A DNA stretch of 64,000 bases from Macrostomum lignano (Eukaryota). Of this stretch, positions 34,678-47,029 are shown in pieces (position 1 is the stretch's first letter; every line of letters starts with the position of its first letter). The translations under genes and the position numbers were made by a program. The notes beneath the pieces are model-generated. The model did not search any database. It was not told the DNA's origin and saw nothing but the letters and a program-made list of their open reading frames with translations. Where the stretch lies: contig NIVC01000371.1 in the NCBI GenBank assembly GCA_002269645.1, positions 62,001 to 126,000 on the forward strand, written 5' to 3'.

Positions 34678-37600
34678 TCACAGATTACCAACTCCGGCCG
34701 CCAGCCGGTCAGCGTCGCAGTCGTCGTTGTCACAGTCGAAACCGGCGTTGTTTCGTCGAGGGCGTCGCCGGCAGCACAGTGGCTCGCCGAGCTCCGTGGC
34801 GCTAAGTGGCGGCGAGCGCAACCGGTCGGACAGCGAGTGCAGCAGGTAGTTCTGCTCGCCAGTCAGCAGAGGGAAGAGGCGCTCGTGCACTTCGTCTACT
34901 GCAATTGCGTCGCCAACCTGGCAGGCGCAGACAAGCGACTGCAGACAGAGGAGCAGCTCCTCGGTTAGGAAGGCGGGCGGCGTCTCCTCGTCTGGCGAGG
35001 ACCAAGCATATCTGAGGGAGGGTTGCGTAGAATTTTTATCTTTCTGTCTTTGTGCCTTTCCTAATGTCTCAGTGCCTTTCTCAGTGTCTCAGTGCCGTAG
35101 TGCTTCAGTGCCTTTCTCAGTGTCTCAGTGCCGTAGTGCTTCAGTGCTTTTCTCAGTGTCTCAGTGCCGTAGTGTCTCAGTGCCTTTCTCAGTGTCTCAG
35201 TGCCGTAGTGCTTCAGTGCCTTTCTCAGTGTCTCAGTGCCGTAGTGCTTCAGTGCCTTTCTCAGTGTCTCAGTGCCGTAGTGCTTCAGTGCCTTTCTCAG
35301 TGTCTCAGTGCCGTAGTGCTTCAGTGCCTTTCTCAGTGTCTCAGTGCCGTAGTGTCCCAGTGCCTTTCTCAGTGTCTCAGTGCCGTAGTGCTTCAGTGCC
35401 TTTCTCAGTGTCTCAGTGCCGTAGTGCTTCAGTGCCTTTCTCAGTGTCTCAGTGCCGTAGTGTCTCAGTGCCTTTCTCAGTGTCTCAGTGCCGTAGTGCT
35501 TCAGTGCCTTTCTCAGTGTCTCAGTGCCGTAGTGTCTCAGTGCCTTTCTCAGTGTCTCAGTGCCGTAGTGCTTCAGTGCCTTTCTCAGTGTCTCAGTGCC
35601 GTAGTGCTTCAGTGCCTTTCTCAGTGTCTCAGTGCCGTAGTGCTTCAGTGCCTTTCTCAGTGTCTCAGTGCCGTAGTGCTTCAGTGCCTTTCTCAATGTC
35701 TCAGTGCCGTAGTGCTTCAGTGCCTTTCTCAGTGTCTCAGTGCCGTAGTGCTTCAGTGCCTTTCTCAGTGTCTCAGTGCCGTAGTGTCTCAGTGCCTTTC
35801 TCAGTGTCTCAGTGCCGTAGTGCTTCAGTGCCTTTCTCAGTGTCTCAGTGCCGTAGTGCTTCAGTGCCTTTCTCAGTGTCTCAGTGCCGTAGTGCCTCAG
35901 TGCCTTTCTCAGTGTCTCAGTGCCTTTCTCAGTGTCTCAGTGCCTTTCTCAGTGTCTCAGTGCCGTAGTGTCTCAGTGCCGTAGTGTCTCAGTGCCGTAG
36001 TGCTTCAGTGCCTTCCTCAGTGTCTCAGTGCCGTAGTGCTTCAGTGCCTTCCTAGTGTCTCAGTGCCGCAGTGTCTCAGTGCCTTCCTAGTGTCTCAGTG
36101 CCTTTCTAGTGTCTCGGTGACTTTCCTAGTATCTCAGTACCGTGCTTAGTGTCTCAATGTCTTTCTTAGTATCTCAGTGCTTTTCTTAGTGTCTCAGTGC
36201 CAATCTTAGTGTCACAGTGCCTTGGTTAATACCTTCAGCCTCTAATTATCTTAACCTTCAGCTCTTCAGCGCATTAGCATCATCCAAGTGCCCAGAGCTG
36301 CGCAATGCCCACCTAGCCAGAGTGTCGGCATGCTCGGCCTCCAGCCGGTCAGCTGGCCTAGCCAGCAGGCACAGCAACAGCACCCGGCTAATCTCGCTGT
36401 CTCGCATGCAGTCCTGATAGCACGGCAGCAGCTGACCGCCGCCGCCGGCGTCACCGCCGGTCCGTTGAACGATCTCCTGCATCCGGGTGTGCACCAGTAG
36501 GGCCGCGTGCGGATCGCTCAGCTGCAGCCGGCAGGTGGCCAGCTTGCCTAGCAGGCGCAGCATCAGCATTGTGTGAGTTGGCACCAGGTCCGTGGCCCGG
36601 TGCAGGTGAACAGCCGCCTCGGCGAATTTGCCGTACAGCATGAGCGCCTCGGCCAGCTGGAGGTAGGCGTTCACCGCTAGCAGGGGCTGGCCGCACTGCT
36701 CGTAGACTGCAGCCGCCTGCGGAGCGGTGCGGTAAGTAACGGATAAAAAATGCAAGCACACACACACAGTTATGCACTTGTCACATGACTGCTCTCAGCC
36801 AGGGGTGTCGCCATGGATTTTATGGTGGGGGGGGGGGGGGAACATTATTTTCAGAATCGGTGTTGTCAGCGCTCATTTTGGCGCCGCAGGCACTCATTTG
36901 GCGCCGGAGCCAGGGTTTTTTTTGGGCGCAGAGTGTGCGTATGCACCCTGAATTTTGAAATTGAAAAAGTGGGTGTGGTTTAGGTGCGGTCTCACAACCT
37001 ATTGTATTTTCCTTTTAAGCTTCATTTGAACTGCCTTAAAAAAAGATCTGGAAAACGAGACAAGAGGTCAAAGGGATTCTTTGGACACAAGAAAATATTT
37101 GTAGATGTGTCTATATTCCCATGTTTCTAGAGTAAGAGAAATTGCACTCTGAGCCTTAAAATTGAGGTGAGATTTCGCACCTTGTCTCTGGCGAAAAAAA
37201 CCCAGGCCGCAGACACTCATTTTGGTGCCGCAGGCGCTATATATTTTGTCACCCTGAAGTAAAATTATTGATTTCCATAATGGGTCACAAGGTTGGCGGG
37301 GGGACAAAGCATTGGCATGTGCCCTCCACAGCTTTTACTGGGGGGGGGGGGGGGATGTCCTATGTCCCCACTATCCGTCCCCCCGTGACAACGCTCCTGC
37401 TCTCAGCCAATAGCGGCTTCTATGCGCGAGTGTATTACTTTTAGAAACGGTGCACTTCTTTTTATATTAAGATCCTGATTCCTGTGTAACAGATTGGCGC
37501 CTGTCTAACACAATGAAGATACTCTATGTAGCTTCAGTTGGCAGAACAGCTCAGCGGTTAACGCGTCTGACTCACGCGCCACGACCCCCTGGTTCGATCT

Positions 37601-40412
37601 CGTGCTCGGTGCTCACCCACGACCCACATTCATTTGAAGTTTGTTGTGCACGAAAAAATGGCCGGGGTTTGTCCTACTATTCACACCCAGGAGAGCCGAT
37701 CCCCAAGGCACAGAGAGTGTACATGCCAGAGAGTGTACATGCCTGAGAGTGTACATGCCTGAGAGTGTACATGCCAGAGAGTGTACATGCCTGAGAGTGT
37801 ACATGCCAGAGAGTGTACATGCCAGAGAGTGTACATGCCTGAGAGTGTACATGCCAGAGAGTGTACATGCCTGAGAGTGTACACGCCTGAGAGTGTACAT
37901 GCCTGAGAGTGTACATGCCTGAGAGTGTACATGCCTGAGAGTGTACATGCCTGAGAGTGTACATGCCTGAGAGTGTACATGCCTGAGAGTGTACATGCCT
38001 GAGAGTGTACATGCCTGAGAGTGTACATGCCTGAGAGTGTACATGCCTGAGAGTGTACATGCCTGAGAGTGTACATGCCTGAGAGTGTACATGCCTGAGA
38101 GTGTACATGCCTGACGATCAGAAAGTCAGGGCCGCTGTACATCCTGTGTGAGCGTGTGTACGAGTGCGTGCCTGCGTACAGTACTGGTGCGCTTGAATGT
38201 GCTCAGGAGTCAGCAGAATGGGCAGGATTGCTGACAAATATTCAAATTCATAAGCCAGTCTCACCTGCACAAAGCTGGCAATGGCCAGTTCGAGATTCTC
38301 GTGCAGCGACACTGACAAGGTCTTGCTGAGCTCCTCTTCAGCCATCAAGTGAAGCCGGGCGGCGCGCATCATGGCGCCAGCCTCAGCGGCGCTGTTGCCG
38401 ATGCTGCTCTCGCATCTGCAGAGGAACAGCATATCAATATCAGACCACAATCTGTTGTCAAGTTGAACAGGCCACTTAAGCTATGCCCCCCTTAGACAAG
38501 TGCTAAACCTTGCTGCATCTTATCTCAATTTCTTGACTCAAAAAAGAAAAAACATTACCTAGAAATCTCTTTGCCAATTTCTGGTCTCCAATACATAAAT
38601 ATACAAATTTCACAGCCCAATATACTTACTTGGCTTGACCTTTTGCAAACATTGCTGCATAGTAGAATGCTTGCTCCTCCATTTCCAGATGTTTTGAGAT
38701 TGAATCAAATTCTGCACTACCTTCAGCCAAGTTTGGCTTCTTTAGAAAGCGCCTAAAAATGAGTAAGCATTAAGGTACTATATAAGACTGAATTCAATAT
38801 TAAATCATTTCTAGCAGCACTTTGCTGCATGACCTTGAAATGAACTTTGGCAAAAATTTAAGCTGATTTACAAAAAATTCTAAAAAAGTTTAACTATTTG
38901 TGATTCAAAGTTATAGCCTGATTAATTCCTTCTGCAGGAGTTTTGCACTCTAAGGAAGGGTAGCAATATACCATATTAACTTTGTGGGGCATCAAAATAA
39001 ATTTATTGAATTTTAACCCATCAATATCTCAGCTTGTATACTTGCCAAATTTTATTTTAAAGTCATACACAACACTGCTACTAGCAATCCTTTTTGATAT
39101 ACAACCATTTTTGTAATTGTGTAATAGGGCAATATATACCCTAGTATATTTTAAATTATATTGTTATACAACTAGTGAGAGGCATTATTGCCCATTCTAT
39201 CAATTCCACTAAGCAGGCACATAAGTGCATATTTGGGCACTTTATTAAATATATATGTAATCATATATGTCCCTATACATAGGCATAAGCCACATAATGG
39301 CCTATGTATAAAAAGTCAATAAATGAAAATATTGAATTACTAAAATAATATTTAATGGTCCTAATTTTTTTATTATTAGACTTGTAAATTTCTCTTTGCC
39401 TTGGAGATGGGACTTCAAGTTTATTAATTGCATGAGCATTGCAAATTACTATGCCTGCACTTAGAATTAAGCCTAGCATATAAAAATATTGCACTAGACT
39501 ATTATTAGGCTATGGCCTTTTTAAGAAGCAATAGTTGGATATTATGTTACATGCAATTAAAAATGGTAACATCAACATTTTTGAGAAATTCAACTTAAAG
39601 AACAAATGAAAATTAAGACAATTTGATAATAATATAATTGATCTTTTTGTATTAATAAGTATTTATACTATTTTATTCATTTAACTTTAGATATTCAATG
39701 GTTTAATAATATTTTCCAATTTAATCACTATATAAATATAGTGCATGAATTGTATGCAAGGCCAATGTACATATAAATTGGGCTTGTGTAAGCAATACAA
39801 TATAAACAGAGTTTAAAAAAAAACAATAAATTAAATATATCAATGAGTATTGATTTTTACCTTTTAATAAATTTTTAATATAGTGGGGGCCTACTTTTAT
39901 TTCTTTAAATAAGAAAAAACATATTTTATTTTTTTATACTATTACTAATTCAATTGTATCAAGACTTAGTCATATTATGTTTTCTCACTAGCCAATATAG
40001 AGAATTGGAACAAAATTGCTACATAAAGTCCTATAACTAAATTTGCCCACGCTGGAACTCTGCCCCTAAGCGCTACCCTATGCCAGCGCCACCAGATGCT
40101 GCTGGGCCACTGCCTATGGACCCTGGGTTGCAATGCACTCTTCCCTCTGGCCCTAGCCATGCTACACTGGCTGACTAAGCAAATGCACCATAGCTAGGCC
40201 TGCACTGCTACTCTAATGGACTGCCTCATTGCTGACTTGCAGGCGCTTGAGCAGTTGAGCTGACCCCTTAGGCTGCTGCTACCTGCCCCTCCCGCCTGTT
40301 CTGCAAGTGGGTGCATACAAGGGGCCTCCACTTTGCATCTTAATATACTTGATATGTATACATATATATATATAGAAATTTAGAAGTAATGATAGACAAT
40401 AGACAATAGACA

Positions 40413-40449
<37 letters not shown>

Positions 40450-40705
40450 CCTAACTTAAATTAAAGGGTCAAGTCTGCCTAAAGCCAAAGCCAAAGGCAT
40501 TGGTAAATAGGCCTATCGGCTATCTATGCCTATCCAAATTTAAATGTATTGAAAATAGACTAAGCCAGCAAGCCTAGAAAAAATATTACTGCAAAAACTG
40601 CTTTGCTAACAGATTGCACTAAAACTATAAGTAGAACGAAACTTACTTTTTTAGCTTTGCTGTCACTTGTCTATACTTGCTCAGATAATTTATTGATCCA
40701 TTCAT
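34678..40705 (-). CDS. F8A1: HAP40 / F8A (40-kDa huntingtin-associated protein) orthologue, 5 exons, 356 aa
   Basis: Exons 40647-40705, 38630-38752, 38265-38415, 36313-36716, 34678-35011 sum to 1071 nt with consistent phases. Motifs YRQVTAKLKKRFLKKPNLAE, EAGAMMRAARL, EISRVLLLCLL..LEAEHADTL, EELLLCLQSLV..LFPLLTGEQNYLLH match the HAP40 family as I recall it. Confidence 0.9.
35065..36215. repeat. 36-bp minisatellite built of 9-bp CAGTG subunits (HAP40 intron 4)
   Basis: Unit TTTCTCAGTGTCTCAGTGCCGTAGTGCTTCAGTGCC; decays to shorter subunits after about 36050. Confidence 0.96.
36800..37399. mobile_element. hAT-type MITE, 600 bp, in HAP40 intron 3
   Basis: Imperfect TIRs CAGGGGTGTCGCCA / TGACAACGCTCCTG; perfect 8-bp TSD CTCTCAGC (36792-36799, 37400-37407). 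Confidence 0.8.
37712..38112. repeat. 16-bp minisatellite GAGAGTGTACATGCCT, about 25 copies (HAP40 intron 3)
   Basis: Tandem copies. Confidence 0.96.
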
Positions 40706-41516
40706 TTTTGATCTGATAGATACAGAGAAAAATTTAATGCTAATGAATGTAAATTCAATTCGAAATAGATCTCTGAAAATATATTATTATTGTTAGCACT
40801 AACTATATGTAACAGCCTTTCAATATGGAACAAACTATAGACTATAGCCTATAGATTACCTACGTATATGTATATATTATACGCTATGGCCTTGTTAAGA
40901 ATTACTTTCTAAGTTTCTTAGAAAATACGACATTTAAAAACGGAGACAAAATTTATCATAGAATATTACGAACTTTAAACCCGAGCATTATTTTTTGTTT
41001 TACTAGGGTCCATGAAAGTCCTTTGTAAGAGAGACGCCAAAAGTATTGTTTTACAAGCCAGAGTCGAGTAATTTTATTGGTTAAATAATCCTTATATTTC
41101 TAAAACAGTAGAACTTTAAAATATATAATTCAGTCTGTTCCTATTGGCGTTATTATGATTTCTATTTTCTAGTGAAGTCAAGCAATAAGGTGCTTCCTTT
41201 AAGAGTGTAAGCTATTAATGAGTTTGGGATTTGGAAGTCATAGAGAATAGAATATAGAGAATAAAGCATTACCACAAGGATCAAAATAAAGGTTTTGGAA
41301 CAGAAATCTAACAATTAACACAACAACGATGATGTCATGCACACATATTGTTGTACAGCCACGTACACGGCCGGATAACATTAAAGCTGCATTAAAAAGG
41401 ATATGCATCAATAGTATTGGCGATGAATAAGCTCTTCCGTTAAGTAGCTGGACAAACTTTTCATCTAAAACAGTTTTAGCAGTGTTCCTCTGGGGCCCAA
41501 CGAAATACATGTAATT

Positions 41517-44500
41517 CTACATAAAACCAAAGTTCACAGGTCGCTTCATCGCTACCACCATTGGCGAACCTGACAAATCTGTCATTTCAACAGATTTTTG
41601 TACTTCTGGAGGACCAGCTGGTCGCCGATTAATTCCCTCAAGAGCTGCCTTGTATTCATCTTCATCTTTCTGAGGCAGCATCGGTTTCGCTGAAGACCGA
41701 GACCCGCGCCCTCGTTCCTCATGGAAGACTTCGAGGTTCATCATTAGCAAGGCTGAATTGTTGCGAGCTGGATGAAAGCAGAGGACGTATAGGTGCTTAG
41801 ATATCGGACTATATATGCAAGAAAGTGGGGCACGGCTTAGGCGCAGAGTCTGTGCGTATCTCAACATTGGGTTGCCATGCGTTGACTCTGGATTAAAATG
41901 AAAGCAATGACAGCTCCAGCCAGCATCTTCGCCGCTCTCTCCTAAGTAGGTGAGCCAGCAGCGACCGCCAAAGCTACCAAGACCGCCAATGAGGGCTCCG
42001 TTGACGTTGCCACCAGCACCGCCACCAGCACCGCCACCAGCAACGCTACCAGCACCACCACCAGCAACACTACCAGCACCACCACCAGCACCACCACCAG
42101 CAACACTACCAGCACCACCACCAGCACCACCACCAGCAACACTACCAGCACCGCCACCAGCACCTCCACCAGCACCGTCACCAGCATTGCCATCGCCTCC
42201 ATTACCTGCAGCACTAGCAACATAACTACCAACCGTTGCTGCCGAAGCTGCTGTCAAGTCTTCTTGGAAATGTCCGGCTGTCTGGTTGCCCTCCGGATAA
42301 ACAGTCAGCAGTAACATATTGTGTTCCATCACAACTTCAATTGCCTTAAGACCGTTCTCGCAGCACAGGCCCTGCAAATAGTACGAAAAAAATCGTCAAA
42401 GAGGAATTTCTCCCGAAAAAGTTTTGCTGTCTGATTTTGACTTGACAGAAAATACGAGGTAATCACAATTCGAGTCAAATTGTCACTCACCTGCATGTCC
42501 ATCACGCAGAGGCTGCGATGCTCCTTTTCCAAATCGGCAATCTGGATGCTGCCCCACTTCTCAGCAATGATCAGCAGATGCTTGTGCAGCTTCAATCGCC
42601 ACGGCAGCTTAAGGCCTTCGAATAGGAAATTCTCCAACTTCAATCCAGATAGGCTAACTACAGCAATGTTGCTCTTGTTAGTGACATACAGATTGCTTTT
42701 GTTTAAGCCGGAGCCCGAGTTCGAAAACTCGCGAATGCAAACATCGTAGACGTATTCGGAGATCGGCTCGGATAGTTTGTAGTTGCTCTCAGCCACCACC
42801 ACTGGCCGGTCCTTGCGAAATCGGAACGCCTGGTCCGGTGCGACTCCACCGGTCGAGCTCTGGCTGCTGTTGCGGCTGCGAAATTTCAATACCAAATTTT
42901 ATGCTGTACTTTCCTGTCCCCTTTGACTTTCCCCTGACTGCCAGCTTTCCTCCCCTGACTGTTAGCCCTCATCCCCTGACTGCCAGCCTTCCTCCCCTGA
43001 CTGCCAGCCTTCCTCCCCTGACTGTCAGCCTTCCTCCCCTGACTGTCAGCCTTGCTCCCCTGTCAGTCCTCCTCCCCTGACCGTCAATCTTTCTTCTCCC
43101 TCCAATCCCCAGCAAGAGCCCCTCCCTGTAAAAGTACCTTAAGTTGTCCCGACGCCCCGACAGCAGGCTGGACTGTCGCTGGCCCGAGTCGGCGCCGCCG
43201 CTCGCCAAATCGGCGTCGATACCGCCGGAAGCGGCGGCGGCGTCGGCCTCAGCGGAGCAGCTGTAGAGCGACACGTGCAGCAGGCAGCCGAGCAGGGTGC
43301 AGGTGAACACGACGTTATCGCCGTTAGCCGACATGCAGAATCCGTCAGTCAGCTGGGGGAATTTGGGAAATCTGGCCAGCTCAGTCAGCGGCTTGATTGG
43401 CTGGCCGTTTAGCGGCTCGCTGTAGGCGATCATCACGTAGGCGTCGTCGTGCTGCTCGACGGTGACAAGGCAGGTCATAATCTCCGGACTGATTGACAAC
43501 TCCTTTAAGAAGCAGTGAAATACCGGCCGCTCGATTGGGCACTCCTGCGAGGTGGCGGTGAAATTGAAATTCAGTTGAAATTATGCATTTAAATTTCAAG
43601 CCAAATCATCCGCGCCTGAGAAGACTGGCGCCCTCCCGCGGCGTTTCGTGTTTTCTACAATACGTAACTATCTGAGTTTTTGCTGTCATCAAATATGGAA
43701 GCTTTCTCTCTTTTCCTTCCGTCCAAACTATCCGAGTCGCGGCACAGAGCAGCATGGGGACCCAAGTCAAAGAGAGTGTGACGGTTAGCCATAGCAGCTT
43801 GCTTCCTTGACTGCGGATCGCACTGTCGCACAGTGCCCAAACCCACTCAACGAACTAATGAATACCCTAGATTACAACTCGCAGACGCACCTGCACCAGC
43901 TTCAGGTCCTTGAGTATCGGTTCCCTGTCTGCCCGTCCGTCATGACCAGCGTCGCCCTTGCCTGGGCCGCCTTTCGCTCGAACCAGGCCGAGCTGCTGAA
44001 GGTCCACCATCAGCTGGTCGGCCGTGTGAGGCGCCACTGTCGACTCCATCAGGCCGCCGTCCTGCTGCATCACTGGCCGCGGCACGTTCTTGTCGCTGCT
44101 CAGGTTGAACATGCACCTGACGTCGTCCACCTGCGGGTGAGTGGAATTTAAGGATGGAAATGGGAAATGTGGAATATGGGAAGTGGGGACTGAGAGTGGA
44201 CAATGGAGAGTGAGGAATAGAGTGGGGAGCGGGGAATGGGGAATATGGAATGGGGAGTGGGGTATAGGGAGTCGGGAATGAAGAGTAGGGAATGGGGAGT
44301 AGGGAATGGAGAGTGGAATGGGAAATTGGGGATAGGAAATGGGAATGGGGAGTGGGGAATGGGGATTGCAAAATGTGGAGTTAAAAGTGGGGAATGGGGA
44401 ATGCAAAATGTGGAGTTAGGAGTGGGGAATGGGGAATGGAATTGGAGAGTGGGGAATGTGGAAAAGAAAATAAAGATGAAAGTGAATTGGAAAGTCAAAG

Positions 44501-45891
44501 TACTTTGTGGTGCACTTTTAAAAGCCAAACCTGCTGCTCTTGATTCCGCTTAAATCCTTGCAGACTTTGGTGACGATTTTCGCGCCAAGTGACAAACTTT
44601 GGATCGCGCGCCCGCTTTGGACCGTCGTCAGCATCGTTAGCGGATTCCAATGGCGCCTTGGACAGCTGCGGTTTGAAGCCATTGTACTTTGTATAGTCTG
44701 TTCCCCTGGTCAGTACCATGGATTGTTGGTCAGTACCCTGGATTACTTTTCAGTGCCCTGGATTGTTTGTCAGCACCCTGGATTGTTTGTCAGTACTCTG
44801 GATTGTTTGTCAGTACCCTGGATTGTTTGTCAGTACCCTGGATTGTTTGTCAGTAACCTGAATTGTTTGTCAGTACCCTGGATTGTTTGTCAGTAACCTG
44901 GATTGTTTGTCAGTACCCTGGATTGTTTGTCAGTAACCTGAATTGTTTGTCAGTAACCTGAATTGTTTGTCAGTACCCTGGATAATTGTCAGTACCCTGG
45001 ATAATTGTCAGTACCCTGGAGTTTTTGTCAGTACTTTGGATTGTTTGTCAGTAACCTGAATTGTTTGTCAGTACCCTGGATTGTTTGTCAGTACCCTGGA
45101 TTGTTTGTCAGTAACCTGAATTGTTTGTCAGTACCCTGGATAATTGTCAGTACCCTGGAGTTTTTGTCAGTACTTTGGATTGTTTGTCAGTAACCTGAAT
45201 TGTTTGTCAGTACCCTGGATTGTTTGTCAGTACCCTGGATTGTTTGTCAGTAACCTGAATTGTTTGTCAGTACCCTGGATTGTTTGTCAGTAACCTGAAT
45301 TGTTTGTCAGTAACCTGAATTGTTTGTCAGTAACCTGAATTGTTTGTCAGTAACCTGGATTGTTTGTCAGTAACCTGAATTGTTTGTCAGTACCCTGGAT
45401 TGTTTGTCAGTAACCTGAATTGTTTGTCAGTACCCTGGATTGTTTGTCAGTAACCTGGATTGTTTGTCAGTACCCTGGATTGTTTTTCAGTAACCTGAAT
45501 TGTTTGTCAGTACCCTGGATTGTTTGTCAGTAACCTGGATTGTTTGTCAGTACCCTGGATTGTTTGTCAGTACCCTGGATTGTTTGTCAGTACCTTGGAT
45601 TGTTTGTCAGTACCCTGGATTGTTTGTCAGTAACCTGGATTGTTTGTCAGTACCCTGGATTGTTTGTCAGTACCTTGGATTGTTTGTCAGTACCCTGGAT
45701 TGTTTGTCAGTACTTTGGATTGACAGCTACAGGATTTGGTCATTAGCTATGCAAAAACAGCAAGCTCCAACCTGAAAGAGCTGGTCACTGAGCAGTAGGT
45801 TTCTAGTGGCGCCGAAGTCGCTGGAGCCCAGGTTCATAGCGCCCAGCCCGGTCCCGAAGGAAGCATCCGATTTTGTGTCGTTCTCGTTCAT
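41517..45891 (-). CDS. Uncharacterised multi-exon protein (~775 aa), probable C-terminal beta-propeller (NHL-like) with a Gly-rich insert
   Basis: Exons 45772-45891, 44531-(44686 or 44705), 43891-44130, possibly 43664-43822, 43138-43544, 42491-42875, 41517-42371. GT-AG phases are consistent except for the exon 2 acceptor. Beta-strand blade-like segments (LYVTNKSNIAVVSLSG, LKLPWRLKLHKHLLIIAE). No family recognised. Confidence 0.65.
42925..43080. repeat. 21-bp minisatellite CTTCCTCCCCTGACTGCCAGC
   Basis: About 7 copies, intronic. Confidence 0.85.
44150..44460. repeat. Degenerate purine-rich repeat (GGAATGGGGA-like)
   Basis: Low-complexity intronic tract. Confidence 0.75.
44715..45722. repeat. 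20-bp minisatellite GGATTGTTTGTCAGTACCCT, about 50 copies
   Basis: Fills intron 1 of the uncharacterised gene. Confidence 0.96.
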
Positions 45892-47029
45892 AGTGGCAGA
45901 TTGATGCTTCTCCAAAATTGGTTGATTTTTTTTACCAAACTTTTGCTTTTTAGACAGATTCAAATAAAAATTGGTACAATTAGTTGACACCGAAACAAGA
46001 GCTTCGATTCAAATCATTTTTTCTTTGGTCAAACCGGTCAAAAGAAGGTTGAAAGAACCGGTTTGGCCATAGACAAAAAATCAATAGCAAAATACAGCCT
46101 TTATATTTGCCAGTCGATTAAAGCAGTTTTGAGAATATCAGAATAAATAAATAAAACGATTTCCAAGAAATCTTTTTAATTTTCCAGGATTGTTTCGGTT
46201 ACATTAAATATTACCCCGCAAAATCGTTATGCCTATGTTGTTTAAGAGATAAAAATGCCTCTTTAGGAGCTGTGTTAATAAATTTTGGGAGTTTGAACTA
46301 AAAATAAATAATTAAATAATATGAAATTAATTTTAATAATTTTGTTCGAGGGTCCATTCATTTTTAAATATTTTAATTATGAAGCTTTTACTTTCCAAAA
46401 TAAATATCGCCATAGTAAATACTCGTATTATTTGTTATTCAAATAATGATGTAAACATTGCTATGCTGTTTAATTTTTTTTTCTTGATTTCTTAATTGAT
46501 TAAAATAAGCGAACAAACAAGCAATTCAAAACATTAATTTTTGACAAAAATTTGCACATTGCTTTACTCAAAGTAGAGAGAAAAGGCAAGCAAATATTTA
46601 TTAATAAATTAAGAAAAGCACAAAAGGCATCGAAAGAAATGAAACGCAAGGCTTTACATATTTTTCAAAGGTTTTTATTGTGCTAGTGAAGGTCGAGAGA
46701 CAAAAAGCAATTCAAAGAAGGGCATTCAACAGTAGAAAATAATAATTAGCGAGATAAATTGGTCTGCACGGTTCTCCTCGTTGCCATGTGGTTGCTATGC
46801 TATAGTAAGTCATTTTCTTCGTTTGATTGGCGGCAGTTGGTGCTGACGAGATGCCTGATGGGCTGATGCGGATGTGCCAGCTGATGACAGAGTGGCCCGT
46901 TCAGCTATTGACGTCTGACTCTGCGGTGCAGGGTGGCAGGGCGAATAAAGGATGTCAGGGTGTCTGCCGAAAATACTATAAGAAACTAAAATAGTGCTCG
47001 TGTACCGGGGATTGCTGTTCATAATAAAG

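Noticed and set aside
34657-34968. Plus-strand ATG ORF MARLPQLSQ..
   Set aside because: It is the antisense of HAP40 exon 5, which carries the recognisable family motifs.
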